Source: the human T2T-CHM13v2.0 reference genome, Homo sapiens
DNA: 64,000 nucleotides
Assembly (NCBI RefSeq): GCF_009914755.1
Contig: NC_060932.1
Reading direction: 5' to 3' (one strand)
The translations under genes and the position numbers were made by a program. Below the pieces are notes generated by a model. It made no database searches, was not told where the DNA came from, and worked only from the letters and a program-made list of their open reading frames with translations. This document shows positions 48,672-64,000 of the stretch, in pieces (within the stretch, counting starts at the first letter, position 1; each line of letters begins with the position of its first letter).

Positions 48672-50309
48672 CTGCTTTCTTCTAGTACTTTCATGGTTTT
48701 GTTTCTTATATTTAGAGCTCTGATCTTCATGTGTACGTGTGTGTGCCTCTGTGTGTGTGTGTGGATGTGTGTGTGAATGTGTGTGTGTTTGGTGTAAGGA
48801 ATGGATCTAATTTCATCTTTCTCCAAATGGCTACCAGTTGTCTCAATACCATGTATTTGAAAAATCCACCTTTGCTCTAGTAATTTGAAATGTTCCGTTT
48901 ATCACACTCTAAGTTTCCATATGCAGTTAAGATCTAGACTTTTATTCCACTCCCATTGGTCTGTTTATCTATTTATATGCCAATACCACACTACTTTAAT
49001 TACAGAGGTTTTGTAGTATGTTTTACAACCTAAGAAGGCTAATCACTTTCACAGTTCCTCCTTTTCAGAGCTTCCTTAGCTATTCTTGCTTATTTATTTT
49101 TCTATAAGAATGTTGTTACCACTTGCCTACCTCCAGAAAAATAAAAGCTTATTTTAAAAACTATGATTGCATTATATTTATAACTAAACTCAGGGAGAAC
49201 TCACATCATTATGATGTTGAAATGTCCTATTCAAGAACAAGGAAGGTCTTTTGCTTAGGAATTCATTAAAATTTGTATTAGAATTTTAAATTAATTAGAA
49301 CTCTAAGTCCAGTTGAATTAACATGGTATGATTAAACCCAAGGGTATCATATTAGAGGAATTATGATCACCATGTGGACACATATGCACATCATATTCTC
49401 TCCCAAATGCAAGTTTACAGAATACACACAAACTCTAATGTATTTCCTTTGAACAGGATCTTGTAGAAGAACTTAAAATTGCCCATTGAGCTATAAACAT
49501 TTAACTTTCCTTCCAAAATGAAATAAAAATAACACAGGAGGCATGACCTTTTGCAAAATATGTGATTTGAAAAGCTCATTAAAAATGCAGGATGTTATTC
49601 TGATCCTACAAACATTGACCTCAGATGAAGGAAAGGTTCTTCAAAACAGATAGAAAGATCAGAGCTGAATTGCTGATGACCTAATGCAGAATAGTTTCAT
49701 TCCTGCATATGGAGGTTAGCAACTCTAAGTTATTATTATATATAAAAACTTGTCATTTGTGTGAGAGAAGTACCTCCTTGCTCACAAAATCTGTTTTTTA
49801 CTCTTGTGGTATGACTCATGAAAAGAATTTTAGAAAGAGCTTATTTTTGAACTTACCTTTGAAATTATTGTCATTCAATACTGATTCACTATTGTGCTTG
49901 TGGCCATTTGATAAACTGCCACATAACCACAGGGATGCTGGGAAGACCAGGTGGGCCTCACTGTCGCCAGGAGACAGAGGTCACCGAGACAGTAAGTTCT
50001 TCTACCACGGATCATTAGGCACAAAAACAAGCCATGCATAAAGCTCATTGTTTCAAAGGGCTTGACCACAAAGGAGTGAGCTCTTAAAATGTTGAATGTC
50101 TAAACATTAAAATACGATACCAAAAGCCCTGTGACATCCAGAAGGCTGTGGACTTTTGGTTTTGAATTTATGAGCTGTATTCATTTCTCCCCTCAATGTG
50201 ATTTCCTGGGCAATTGCCTTACCCACTCATTTCTCTCATGAAATGTTACTTGCTATTTGTATTTCTTTCACTTACTCTTTGCTCTTTAGCCCAGTGTTTG
50301 AAATGTTGG

Positions 50310-50520
50310 ATTCTATAGTCAGACATATATGGATTGAAACGCTCTCTGCCATGGTCCTGGCTGTGTCCCTGGGTGAAGAACTTAACATTTCTTGTGGCTT
50401 CGGTTCCTCTATTGCAAAATTGGGACTATATTGGTAGTGACTTATGGAGTTAATGTGCAGATTAAATTAGATAACATATACAAAGAGTAGTCCAAAGTGT
50501 TTGCTATGTTGGCAGTGAAG
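50310..50520 (+). mobile_element. MIR SINE
   Basis: ggctgtgtccctgggtgaagaacttaac...gattaaattagataa. Confidence 0.7.
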
Positions 50521-50744
50521 TCCAATAGATACAGCTGTTATTGTTATTTAATCTTTTGTTTGTTATTTAAAAATTTTTCAGTTACACAAATAATTAGAGA
50601 AAATTTAGAAAATTTGAGGAAAACAATAAACAATAATCCTATTCACCAAAACAATCACTTCTGTCATTATTGTATTGCTATTCATTCTTTTTAAAACAAT
50701 GTTTTTTGAATTCTGTTTTCATCACTTGGCATCTTTACATTGTC

Positions 50745-51046
50745 CTTTAAAAAAAATTGAGACAGGGTCTTCCTCTGTCATTCAGGCTGGAGTGTGATGG
50801 CGTGACCACAGCTCACTGTAACCTCTGACCTCCTGGGCCCAAGTGATCCTTTTGCCTCAGGCTTCCAAGTAGCTGGGACTACAGGTGTGCACTACCACGC
50901 CTGGCTAATTTTTCCTTTTTCTTTTTTGTACAGACAGAGTCTCACTATGTTGCCCAGGATAGTCTCAAACTCCTGGGCTCAAGCAATCCTCCCACCTCAG
51001 GCTCCCAAAGTGCTGGGATTACAGGTGTGAGCCACCACACCCAGCC
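50745..51046 (-). mobile_element. Alu SINE (AluJ-like)
   Basis: Diverged reverse dimer. Confidence 0.93.
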
Positions 51047-51539
51047 TACATTCTACATTTTATGCTACAAAACAGTCTTTGTAATTATTTTTAATGACTA
51101 CATGATAATTTTATTAAGAAGGTGGACACTAATTTACTTGTTGGCTGATATACTAATGAATATTTTGGTGATTTTAATTTTTTTCTGTTAGTAATATTTC
51201 TGTGCAATGATAAGTATATTACATAGATTTATTCCTCTATAATTGTATTTTTCTCTGGGATATACTTATAGAATTGAAATTATTGAGTCAAGGATAGACA
51301 CTTTTCATGGCTCTTAACACATATTATAAATCATTTTACTAAAAGTATTATTTCAGTTTGCCATGTCAGCAGCAAAAGTTAATTTGGAATAGTTTTTTTT
51401 AATGATGAAAGGATTTTTTTGTTTCTTAAATGTTTGCAATAATTTAATACTGAAGGCATTGTGGCTTGAAATATTCTATTGCGCTTAGCCCTCTGATAAC
51501 ATTTCTTATTTTTCTCCTGGTTATTTGCTTAGTCTGCTG

Positions 51540-52450
51540 GAGCACAGATCCCTGGCTGGGGCCCAGTATCCATTCTTCTCTTCTCCTTGGCAGTAGAATT
51601 TTGGATGTTTAGCTTACATATAGCCAATGAATTAAGACTACACTTTCCAGCTTCCTTTGCAGCTATGTGTAGCGATGTGAATCAGTATTGGTGAATGAAG
51701 AGTGTATTCGTATCTAGTAATAATATTATCACAATAGCAGCTTAAACAAAACCTATTCATTATCTCCACTTCTGTGGGTCAAGATTCTGGACTTACATAA
51801 CTATTCTCTGCTTCAGCCTCTGTCTTAAAGCTGCAATCAAGGTGGCAGTTAGGTCTGGGGTCTCATCTGAGGTTGGACTGGGGAAGAATCCACTTTCAAG
51901 CTCAGATGGTTGTTGGCAGGATTCAGTTCCTTGTGAACTGTCAGATTGAGGGTCTCTGACCTTTGCTAGATGCTGACTAGAAGCTATGCTTGGTTCCTTG
52001 TTACCTGGGCTTCTTCATATATGTCAGCTAAGGTCATCTAAGCCAGCAAGGGAGAGAATTGTCACATCTCATCACCTTTAGCAGATCCTTTGTTAGAAAC
52101 CAATCACAGGTCCTGCCCACACTACAGGGGACAGGATTACAGAAAGGTATTTGGGATATTTGAGAACCATCTTTGAGTCTGTCTACCACAGGGTGGATGC
52201 AAAAGTGATATTCGTAACTTCTGGATATCATCTTTAGAAGAAGAATTTGTGCCTTTTTTCTTACTTGCTAAAATAAAAAGGTGATGGCTGAAGACTCCCC
52301 AGCCATTTTGTGTCATGAGGTGGGAACCTCTTGCTGAGGATGGCAGAGCAACAAAATAACAGAGTTTAGGAGTCCCACAGTAGCTGGACTAAACTTCACT
52401 GTTATTTTGGATTTTCTGTCATTTGAAGCCAAAATGAATCCTAATGGATA
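51540..52450 (+). mobile_element. Old ERVL LTR (LTR33/16-like) split by MLT1
   Basis: agactacactttccagcttcctttgcagcta; cagccattttg; tgaggatggcagagca. Confidence 0.6.
51703..52190 (-). mobile_element. MaLR solo LTR (MLT1F/H-like)
   Basis: gcagcttaaacaa; gttggcaggattcagttcctt; ends ctaccaca. Confidence 0.8.
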
Positions 52451-52589
52451 GAGAATTTATTGTGCCAGTTTTAATCATTTTATATGTTTAGAAAATTATT
52501 CTAGTGAGATTTTGTCAAGTATTATTATGTACTTTTAAATTACCAGCTTATATTTTAAAATCTTGGCATCTGATATAGTACTATATTAA

Positions 52590-52968
<379 letters not shown>

Positions 52969-53009
52969 GCATGTGGTTTATTTTCTAATGTGTGTTTGAA
53001 TGAATGCAA

Positions 53010-53270
53010 TATAGTACAAAGAGCAGACTGAAGTGGATAGTGGAATTAGAGGAATGTATGAAGTCATACTGACTTGAGCTCAAATTTCTTTCACAACTTA
53101 CGAGCTATGAGGCCTCAGACAAGCTCCCCAACCTTGCTGAGACTAGTATTCTCATCTGCAAAATGGAATAGTAGTAATACCATATTTGAAATCTTGTAGG
53201 GATTAGAGAATGCATATAAGAGGACTATAAACATATTAGGCACTCATTATAAGAAAGTTATTATTATTTC
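53010..53270 (+). mobile_element. MIR SINE
   Basis: ctcatctgcaaaatggaatagtagtaatacc. Confidence 0.75.
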
Positions 53271-53448
53271 TTCTTTTAATTATTTCCTTCCTTGGGACTC
53301 TTTTCTCCCCTGTAATTTTATCCTTATAGCTTAGCATGCTTTTTCTTTTTTTAATTAAACAATTAAAGTTTATGAATTTGTTTCTCAATCCTGCTTAGCC
53401 TCATTTCATGCTTTGATAAGTACTCATTATTTTCTAAATGACGTATTA

Positions 53449-54120
<672 letters not shown>

Positions 54121-54151
54121 TTCTCTATTATTGATCTCCTCCTTTGTCTAG

Positions 54152-54547
<396 letters not shown>

Positions 54548-54667
54548 TAGGGAATGTGGCCTACCCAATTTCTGTTTTTGTGAATTTATTAAGATTTTCT
54601 TTATTTCTGACTACATGATTCATAGTTGGTAAATGTTCTATGGAGCTCTCAGAAAGAGAAGATTTCC

Positions 54668-54964
<297 letters not shown>

Positions 54965-55031
54965 AAGAAGATTTATTTTCTGTAGAATATAGTAGTATCA
55001 GGGGCCTCAGCTAGATCGATATTCAGGTTCA

Positions 55032-55432
<401 letters not shown>

Positions 55433-56776
55433 GAAACCATGTGGGCAACAACTCAAAATCTGTCCAAACTGCGATTGAAGCAGATACAGGCACAGTTAGT
55501 GAACTAGGATGCTGGGGAGTCCATTCGGATTCCTGGGTGGAATTAGACAGTTAAGCAATAAATTGGCTGGGGAACTGGTCTTTAGAGCAAGGCTGATGTG
55601 CCCTGGGAGCTTCCTCCTTAGCTCCGGGATCTAGGTAGCAGAAGTGATAAAATTGTCCCCATTGCCTAGGAGATGCTGCTGCTTTCTTTCCTCGTCTCTC
55701 CCCACCAGGAAGAGAAGCTCAGGGGTGGCCCCCTAATACAACAGGTGGATACGGTAGTTACAGAAATCAGTGACGTTATAGGAGAACACTGGCATGAATT
55801 GTATGCCAGGCAAGTCCTCTCTGCTGTCAGTGGAGAGGCCTGAGTAATGGCCCTTGGCAGAGGAAGGCAAGGGCAGATGACGGGAGTCTGCTGCTGCTGC
55901 AATCAGAGCTGATGTACATTGGGCATCCACACTGGAGCAGACACTGTTACAGGGCTTTCTATGCATTATCACAGACAGCTGTTCCATTACCCCATTTTAC
56001 TCATGAGGAAAGTGAGGTTCAGAGAAACAAAATATTTCCTTTTATTAAGTGAACAGAAGAGTCAAGAAGTGAACCTGTTTGTGTGATTCCAGTGCTTTAC
56101 CCTTTATGCTAGATGGCTTTTTTCCCCAAAGATCCAGTGACCAGCTATTAAAGGACCACATCCAAGATCCTAGCCTTGGCAAGGTTATAATAGATACATA
56201 TAAATACAGATTACTTTTTAAAATTATATTGCTCAAATATATTATCAAGCTTGAGGGGCATCTGTTTGATCTGTCAGAGACTGAAATGGCTCATGAAAAC
56301 TGTATTTCTGCAGTATCTTTTTCATTCTAATGGTTTTAGCTCTAGATCTTTTGTTGCTGCTGTCGTTGAGATGTGGCAGTTTGCCATTGTTACGACTTCC
56401 ATTTTTTTCTTGCATGTTTATAGAAGTACTGCTTTACATGCTGATTATACAACTCATATTGAAAGTACACATGCATTCACATACACTTCCAAAGGTTTTT
56501 CAGCACTCTACCACCCCTGTAGTTCCTGGGCGATCCATCACAGTTGCATAGATTCTTGCTTAACTGTGATATGATCATGGTACGGTGATCCTAAGCCATC
56601 TTATAATCTATATCAAAAGCATCTTATGTCGATATTTTCTCTTCCCAGATCCAAAAGTGAAAGGATTCATATTTCTCTACACTACCTCTGCTATGTCTTA
56701 AAATGCAGATACTTATTCAATGTCTCTAAATGCCTCATTGGTCCACAGATTAATTTTTAATGATTTAAACATACTC

Positions 56777-57075
56777 TTTTTTTTTTTTTTTTGAGACAGA
56801 GTCTCGCTCTGTCACCCAAGCTGGAATGCAGTGGCACGATCTTGGCTCACTGCAAGCTCCGCCTCCTGAGTTCACGCTATTAACCTGCCTCAGCCTCCTG
56901 AGTAGCTGGGACTACAGGCGCCCATCACCACGCTCAGCTAAATTTTTTTGAATTTTTAGTAGAGATGGGGTTTCACTGTGTTAGCCAGGATGGTCTCGAT
57001 CTCCTGACCTCGTGATTTGCCCTCCTCGGCCTCCCAAAGTGTTGGGATTACAGGCGTGAACTACTGTGCCCGGCC
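56777..57075 (-). mobile_element. Alu SINE (AluY-like)
   Basis: Reverse dimer. Confidence 0.95.
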
Positions 57076-58027
57076 CAAACAAACTTTTCAGTAGTTCCTG
57101 GTTAAGTAAATTATCACTTTTTTGCAATAAAGAGACCATTGGGTCATTTTGTGTGTGGACATTCCAGAGGATGTTCAAGGGTGTCCCAGATCCAGATGTA
57201 GTTTTATATTCCCTAAAACATGCATACTAAAATGTATTTATCACCTTCAGACATATAATGATGGAGAATCTTTGAATACCTGGTACAATGCTCAGAAAAA
57301 AAAAAATCAATCCTGCTAAGCGACTGCACAAGTTAAAATGTCTAAAGCACCACACCAGCTTCCAAAAGGCAATTGGATGATAATCCACAAAGTCTGTTAT
57401 TGTTATTGCATGATCATCTTCATTTTCCAAGAAGCTTTCAAGTCCCTTCTACACTAAGACTAATATATGAAACAGTGATTGAATCTGGATTTGGACAGTG
57501 TCATTCTGATCTTAAAGAATCTGAAGCTCCTTGTAAAGTAGCTGGCTCTCTGTCTGCAGGAATGACCTTCTGTCCTCCAGTGCCTCCCTTATCCAAGATG
57601 CCATAAGTATAACACTTCTGGTCATTGTAACTATTGGACTTTGTGACATAAGTTGTTGATTTATTAGTCAGCAGGGATTTGCATACTTTGGGCACATGAA
57701 TTTTCCTGTGGTTTAGATTTGTTATTTTTAGATAAATATCCCCTTGAACTGAGGTAAGATGTATGAAGGCAAGAGGCTGATGCTGAGATGCAAGATTGCC
57801 TTGTCTGACTTGAAAAGAGGATGCAAAATATGTATTTTCTGTAGACTGGCTTGACTTCAAAAATTGTGTTTCAGGTCATTTAAAATTTCTTATTTCAAAA
57901 TTTAGAAAAGGTAAGAACAGATTGCCACAAAACATGGAGCACTGAGATATGAATTGCCTGCTGTCCAGCCCGTCATGACTTCCTCATCATGGATGAGACA
58001 ATCACATGTTAACATTCTTTTCAACTA

Positions 58028-58264
58028 TTTATTTATTTATTTATTTGAGACAGAGTCTCACTCTGTTGCCCAGACTGTAGTGCAATGGCATGATCTCAGC
58101 TCACTGCAACCTCCGCCTCTAGGGTTCAAGTGATTCTCCTGCCTCAGCCTCCTGAGTACCTGGGATTACAGGGGTCCACCACCTTAGCGCCCAGCTAATT
58201 TTTGTATTTTTAATAGAGACGAGGTTTCACCGTGTTGGTCAGGCTGGTCTCGAACTCCTGACCT

Positions 58265-58268
<4 letters not shown>
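58028..58268 (-). mobile_element. 5'-truncated Alu fused to L1
   Basis: Alu ends at ctgacctcaggt, then L1 sequence follows. Confidence 0.9.
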
Positions 58269-58978
<710 letters not shown>

Positions 58979-59563
58979 GACAATTACACTTTTGATACCA
59001 AGAGTGAGCGACTTGAGATGAGAACCTCCATTGCAGAATTCTAGAAGTTATTTGTATTTATTCATGTTGCGGGAAGATGCTACTTCTCATTTCTCAGGTA
59101 AGGCAAACTTTGACAAGGATCCTTCTAAGGTAAGGCAGAACTTTCCAGGCTTGTTGAGCTGAGATCAAATTCTTTATTCCCCAAAGTGGGAGGATGCAGC
59201 TCCTTCCAACTCATGACAGATATCTTCATCTGTTTAACAGGTAGAGTCAGAACCCTGGGCTCCCACTTAGACAATGAGGTATATATGGTGGATCTTGAGC
59301 ACCGTTTGCTTGCTTTCTTTGCTGCTCTATTTCCATCAGTGAATGGAATATTCCTTGCAACATCTAGGTTATGTACTAGTAGGGTATCTAAATTAAATGA
59401 AGGCAGTGAGTGATTCATGTACATTGAGAGTCTTGCCTAAATGGGCAAGTAGATGACAAGGCTGGAGAAGATCAGAGGCTCTTCCTTGGCCTATCTTCAC
59501 TTTTTGTATAACTTTTAGATTTAGTAAGTCTCACTGGTCTAGAATAATTAGGACATAGTCTAG

Positions 59564-59896
<333 letters not shown>

Positions 59897-60398
59897 AATG
59901 TTGGACTTTTCTTACTGGTTAACCTTATCATCCCATGTCTAGTGTAATCAGTGCTTGGTGTGCCACTTGTCAAAGGACTACTCATGTTATTCATCTTCAT
60001 CACAATCTCTTCACCTAAATCGTTCTCAGCAGACAGTGTTGAAATGCTTGGTATCACCTTCTTCCTCCTCTTCTTATTATTTTATGTATTGTTCACCCTC
60101 AGCAACCAAAAGAAAGATGAATAAAATCCTTTTGCAACATCAGTTTTGTTTTTCAAAGGGTTTCACTGAAAAGCTGCTGTTCATATGTTGAAGCCTCTTA
60201 GAATTTTGCTCTACAAAATCTCATTTATAGAATTATCAAATTTATAGAATGAAATTACTTCTTTTAACACTTCATTCACCTTTTTCCCCTGCCTGGAATG
60301 CCTATTGACATCTGCCTGATAAACTTGTGCTTCAAGGACCATTTAACTATCTTCTCCCAGCAAGCCCTTTAAAGAAACTCCCTTTCCTCTACTCAGCT

Positions 60399-60695
60399 CT
60401 TTTTTTTTTTTTTTTTTTCACTCTGTCACCTAGGCTGGAGTACAGTGGCGCCATCTCAGCTCACTGGCTCACTACAACCTCCGCCTCCTGGGTTCAAACC
60501 ATTCTCCTGCCTCAGCCTCCCAAGTAGCTGGGATTACAAGTGCCTGCCACATGCCTGGCTAATGTTTCTACTTTTAGTAGAGACAGAGTTTCACTGTATT
60601 GGCCTGGCTGGTCTCAAACTTCTGACCTCAGGTGATTCGCCTGACTCAGCCTCCCAAAGTGCTGGAATTACAGGCATGAGCCACTGCACCCAGCC
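60399..60695 (-). mobile_element. Alu SINE (AluSx-like) within an L2 relic
   Basis: TSD tactcagctctt. Confidence 0.95.
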
Positions 60696-61487
60696 GTACT
60701 CAGCTCTTCTCTACTGCTATAGAACCTCTGCTTTTGGAAGCCTTTTTTTTCCTCTGTGTTTTAGCATATTTTGTACATATCATTTCTGTGGTACATATAA
60801 TATTATATCACAGTTGATTATTCCACAGCCCAGATTCAGAACTTCTAGGGACCATGTCTTATTCTCTCTGTCATCATAACCTCGTTCAGAATCTGGTGTA
60901 CTTAGCATCTGCTCACAGATGTGTGCTGAGTGAGCACATGCCTGTGCAGCATGGGGCTTTTTCACCCTGAGCATGAACTGTGATTTTTTTACCCTGTGAC
61001 TGTCTCCAGGTATCTATTTGCATGAGTGCATGATAAGCTTTAAGGAAAAAGACGAGACCAAAGTCAGGCATGGAAGATTGGGAAGACAGTAAGACGTCTG
61101 TTCTGTAAGACCTAGGCTTGATCCCTTTTAAGGAGAGGGGCTTTGGCCAATAATGAAAGAGCTGTTTCCTTGAAGATTTTGTAGGACTCTGGACACTGTC
61201 AGTGCTACCCTGGAACCCAGAAAGCACTGTGCAGTACAGGCCTGGGGAGAAGGGTGCCTTCCATTTCTCCACCATAACTGTCTGGTTCTGGGGGTGCAAA
61301 GATGCATTGAAAGAACTTCATGACAATTTGTTACCTTGAGGTACCAAAATACAGCTTTGCAAACTTGCAGAGACAGTGCTCTCAGAAGAAGAAATCTCAT
61401 GGATTGCTGCAACACCAAAAATAATGGCAGTGACAAAGGCCGGGCTCTCTTGGAAGTGATCTGCAGGCAGCCAACATTTAAAACAAG

Positions 61488-61593
61488 GCCAGCCAGGAGG
61501 TTGAGGCTGTACTGAGCTATGATCTTGCCATTGCACTCTAGCCTCAGTGACAAAGCAAGACCTTGCCTCTAAAAAAATAAAATAAAATAAAAT
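61488..61593 (+). mobile_element. AluJ/FRAM 3' fragment
   Basis: ccaggaggttgaggctg...(TAAAA)n. Confidence 0.85.
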
Positions 61594-61928
61594 AGGCCAG
61601 GCGCAGTGGCTAACACCTGTGATCCTAGCACTGTGGGAGGCTGAGGCAGGTGGATCACCTGAGGTCAGGAGTTCAAGACCAGCCTGGCCAACACGGTGAA
61701 ACCCTGACTCTACTAAAAATACAAAAATTAGCTGGGCATGGTGGCGGGCACCTATAATCCCAGCTACTCAGGAGGCTGAGGCAGGAGAATCGCTGGAATA
61801 CAGGAGAGGGAGGCTGCAGTGAGCCGAGATGGTACCACTGCACTCCAGCCTGGAAGACAGAGCAAGACTCCATCTCAAAAAACAAACAAACAAAAACAAA
61901 AACAAGAAAACCAACAACAACAAAAAAA
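61594..61928 (+). mobile_element. Alu SINE (AluSx-like) in the tail of the previous Alu
   Basis: Full dimer. Confidence 0.95.
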
Positions 61929-63639
61929 TTGTTTTTAACTTAAAAAGAGACCAGAGGAGAGGACCGTGAGCACACAGGGCCCCTCAGAAAACTCCCAAGA
62001 CAGATGGGAAGACTTGGGGACAGAGGTTAATGACCAGCCTTCTGCAGGTGGGGTCACCCCACCAGCACCACTGGATTTAAAGGGAACATAACCTAATTTG
62101 TACTGTCTGGTGTGGCCTACGAAAGCTTGGGTTACAACTGAATAACAGTTTCATCATTTTGAATAGGGGATCTACATAAGATGCTAAAAACCACATGCTT
62201 ATTAGAATTATGTTTTGATTAAGTGCCTTTATAGACATGTTAAAACATTGATTAGGTGGCTCAGGGGAGGAGAAAGTTTCCCATTTCCTGAGCTTACCAC
62301 CATGGAATCAATCATTTGAGTGGGCATTGAACATGGAGTGTTCACCTTGAAAGATGAAAGTCCACAAGAGAAATGTGTTTGACAGGAGGTGGAGGAAAGG
62401 GCGGCTGTCTGTCTGCCAGAGACTTCAAAAGGGAATTTACCTTGGTGATTTCTCCGCAGTCTAAGGGCTGGCCCTTAGTTTTTCAGGTTCAGAAACTGAG
62501 AAAATTGGTTTTGTCAGCACACGGAGGTAAGATCGGTTTATCGGGCTCTCAGTCACACTCACCAAGTTCACAAGAGACGGGTGTGTAAATCAAAATGCCA
62601 TTTTATTAATTTACGATGACAAGTAAAATCAGCCAAGAGATCCGACACACATCCTGTTTCAAGCACGTTCTCTCCCTGTGGTGCAATCTAGGTGGGAAGT
62701 CAAGTGATCATCAGAAGACAGCCTGGAGAGGCTAGAATCAGAGTGAGAAGAGGGCGCCGGCTGCCTGATTGGAAAGTTAACTGAAGCCGATGCTTCACTC
62801 TCCACCAAAGGGATAGGAATCTCCAGACAGGTCACCCACTCCCACACAGACCTGGACGTACATGACTCCCTCTTCCTCCTGGACACGGTTTTGTCCTGTG
62901 CTGGGCACACCTCTTGTACTAGACATGTTCTTTGTTCTGCAGTGTCAATTCCATGGATTATGTTACAGCCCAGTTCTTGATCTTCTTTGACCTTGCCTCC
63001 ACCCTGCCTACCAAGTGAAGCCAGGAAATAGACAACTGTCCCAGAGCGACCCTAACTGAGCTTCAGGGTCCTCAGTGGCTATCATGTTCTGCTGAAGTTA
63101 GGAAATGTCATGTGATCACGTGTGATCTGTGTGTAAACCTAACAACCTCCCCACCCCCAACCCGGGCTTCGCCTGCCAATCTTCCAGGCAGGTTGAGTGG
63201 TGCAGAGGCTGATGAATTGATAATGATGGGTGTTCAATACCTTTATCTCAGAACAGGGGCTGCCTCTTCTCTGTAAACCATTTGCTACCTTAATTCAACC
63301 CAGAGTAAGCTGTGGTTGGGAGCTGAATTGATGAGAGCACTGCTCAAGTCCTAGAATTACAGGCTCATTCCCTGCATTGGCACTCAGACATGATACCTGA
63401 AATGCTCAGGATGTTAGCTGACATCTTTGTGAAAAGGAAAAAAGTATCCTAAAGGTAACCTCTTTGGTTTGGTTTGTGGGGAAAGAAATCTTCCCTGCCT
63501 TCATAGCTTTCAGTGCTGCCCGTTTGTTCTAATGTGTTCTGACTTCCCCAGCTCAGCACTTCCTTAGACACCTCCCTCACCAACAGGATGGCCGTGTCAG
63601 CCTCCACTGGGCTTAAATTATATGAATAGACAGCAATGC

Positions 63640-63830
63640 AGAGAGCTTGTCATGTGCTAGACTCTCTTTGCAGCACTTTACATATTAATTCCTTGAACTT
63701 TCATAATAATCCTTTGATGTTTGGCACTATGATTTCCTTCATATTACAGATGAGGAGAGGAGACATGGAAATTAAGTAACTTGCCCAAGGTCACTAATTA
63801 ATGAGTAGCAGGGCCAGAATCTAACACCGT
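63640..63830 (-). mobile_element. MIR SINE
   Basis: ttacagatgagga...ttaagtaacttgcccaaggtcac. Confidence 0.85.
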
Positions 63831-63974
63831 CAGCCCACCTTCCTATCCACAGTGGTAAGCAGAGCTGAAAGATTTCTGTACATGTATTCAATTCTCCCCG
63901 TATTAAATTTTAGCTGATGATGCTAAAGTTGCCATCTGGGTTTCCAGGAATCTGCTTGAAAACTCGGGTATATT

Positions 63975-64000
63975 GGCCGGGCGTGGTGGTTCATGCCTGT
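63975..64000 (+). mobile_element. Alu 5' end, cut by the window edge
   Basis: ggccgggcgtggtggttcatgcctgt. Confidence 0.9.

Noticed and set aside
62742-62760. CTCF-like AGAGGGCGCC
   Set aside because: Only the 3' half of the core matches; other candidates near 3510 and 12560 are also out of register.

Overview
Primate (human-like; AluY present) non-coding genomic DNA. I find no convincing protein-coding exon, RNA gene or CpG island, and I cannot name the locus. About 47 Alu elements (roughly a fifth of the window) sit among old L1, L2, MIR, DNA-transposon (MER2, MER44, MER33, MER20, MER94) and LTR relics. The LTR relics include a complete MST-type MaLR provirus (44245-47186) and three independently inserted, same-orientation ERV1 solo LTRs (LTR26-like). 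Nearly all ORFs in the track are Alu/L1/LTR or simple-repeat artefacts. Best leads: (i) a candidate LTR-promoted, two-exon, polyadenylated minus-strand transcript with a 63-aa ORF at 9.2-10.0 kb; (ii) two short segments copied about 2.6-3 kb downstream into other repeats, plus hairpin/palindrome scars, suggesting template-switch repair; (iii) a tiny L1-retroposed copy of an LTR-polyadenylated transcript end, with TSD; (iv) a recursive-splice-site-like AG|GTAAG motif with a 32-nt RS-exon at 59.1 kb; (v) Alu/Alu and Alu/L1 microhomology fusions. Repeat subfamily names come from remembered consensus sequences and need RepeatMasker/Dfam confirmation. Boundaries of old repeats are approximate.
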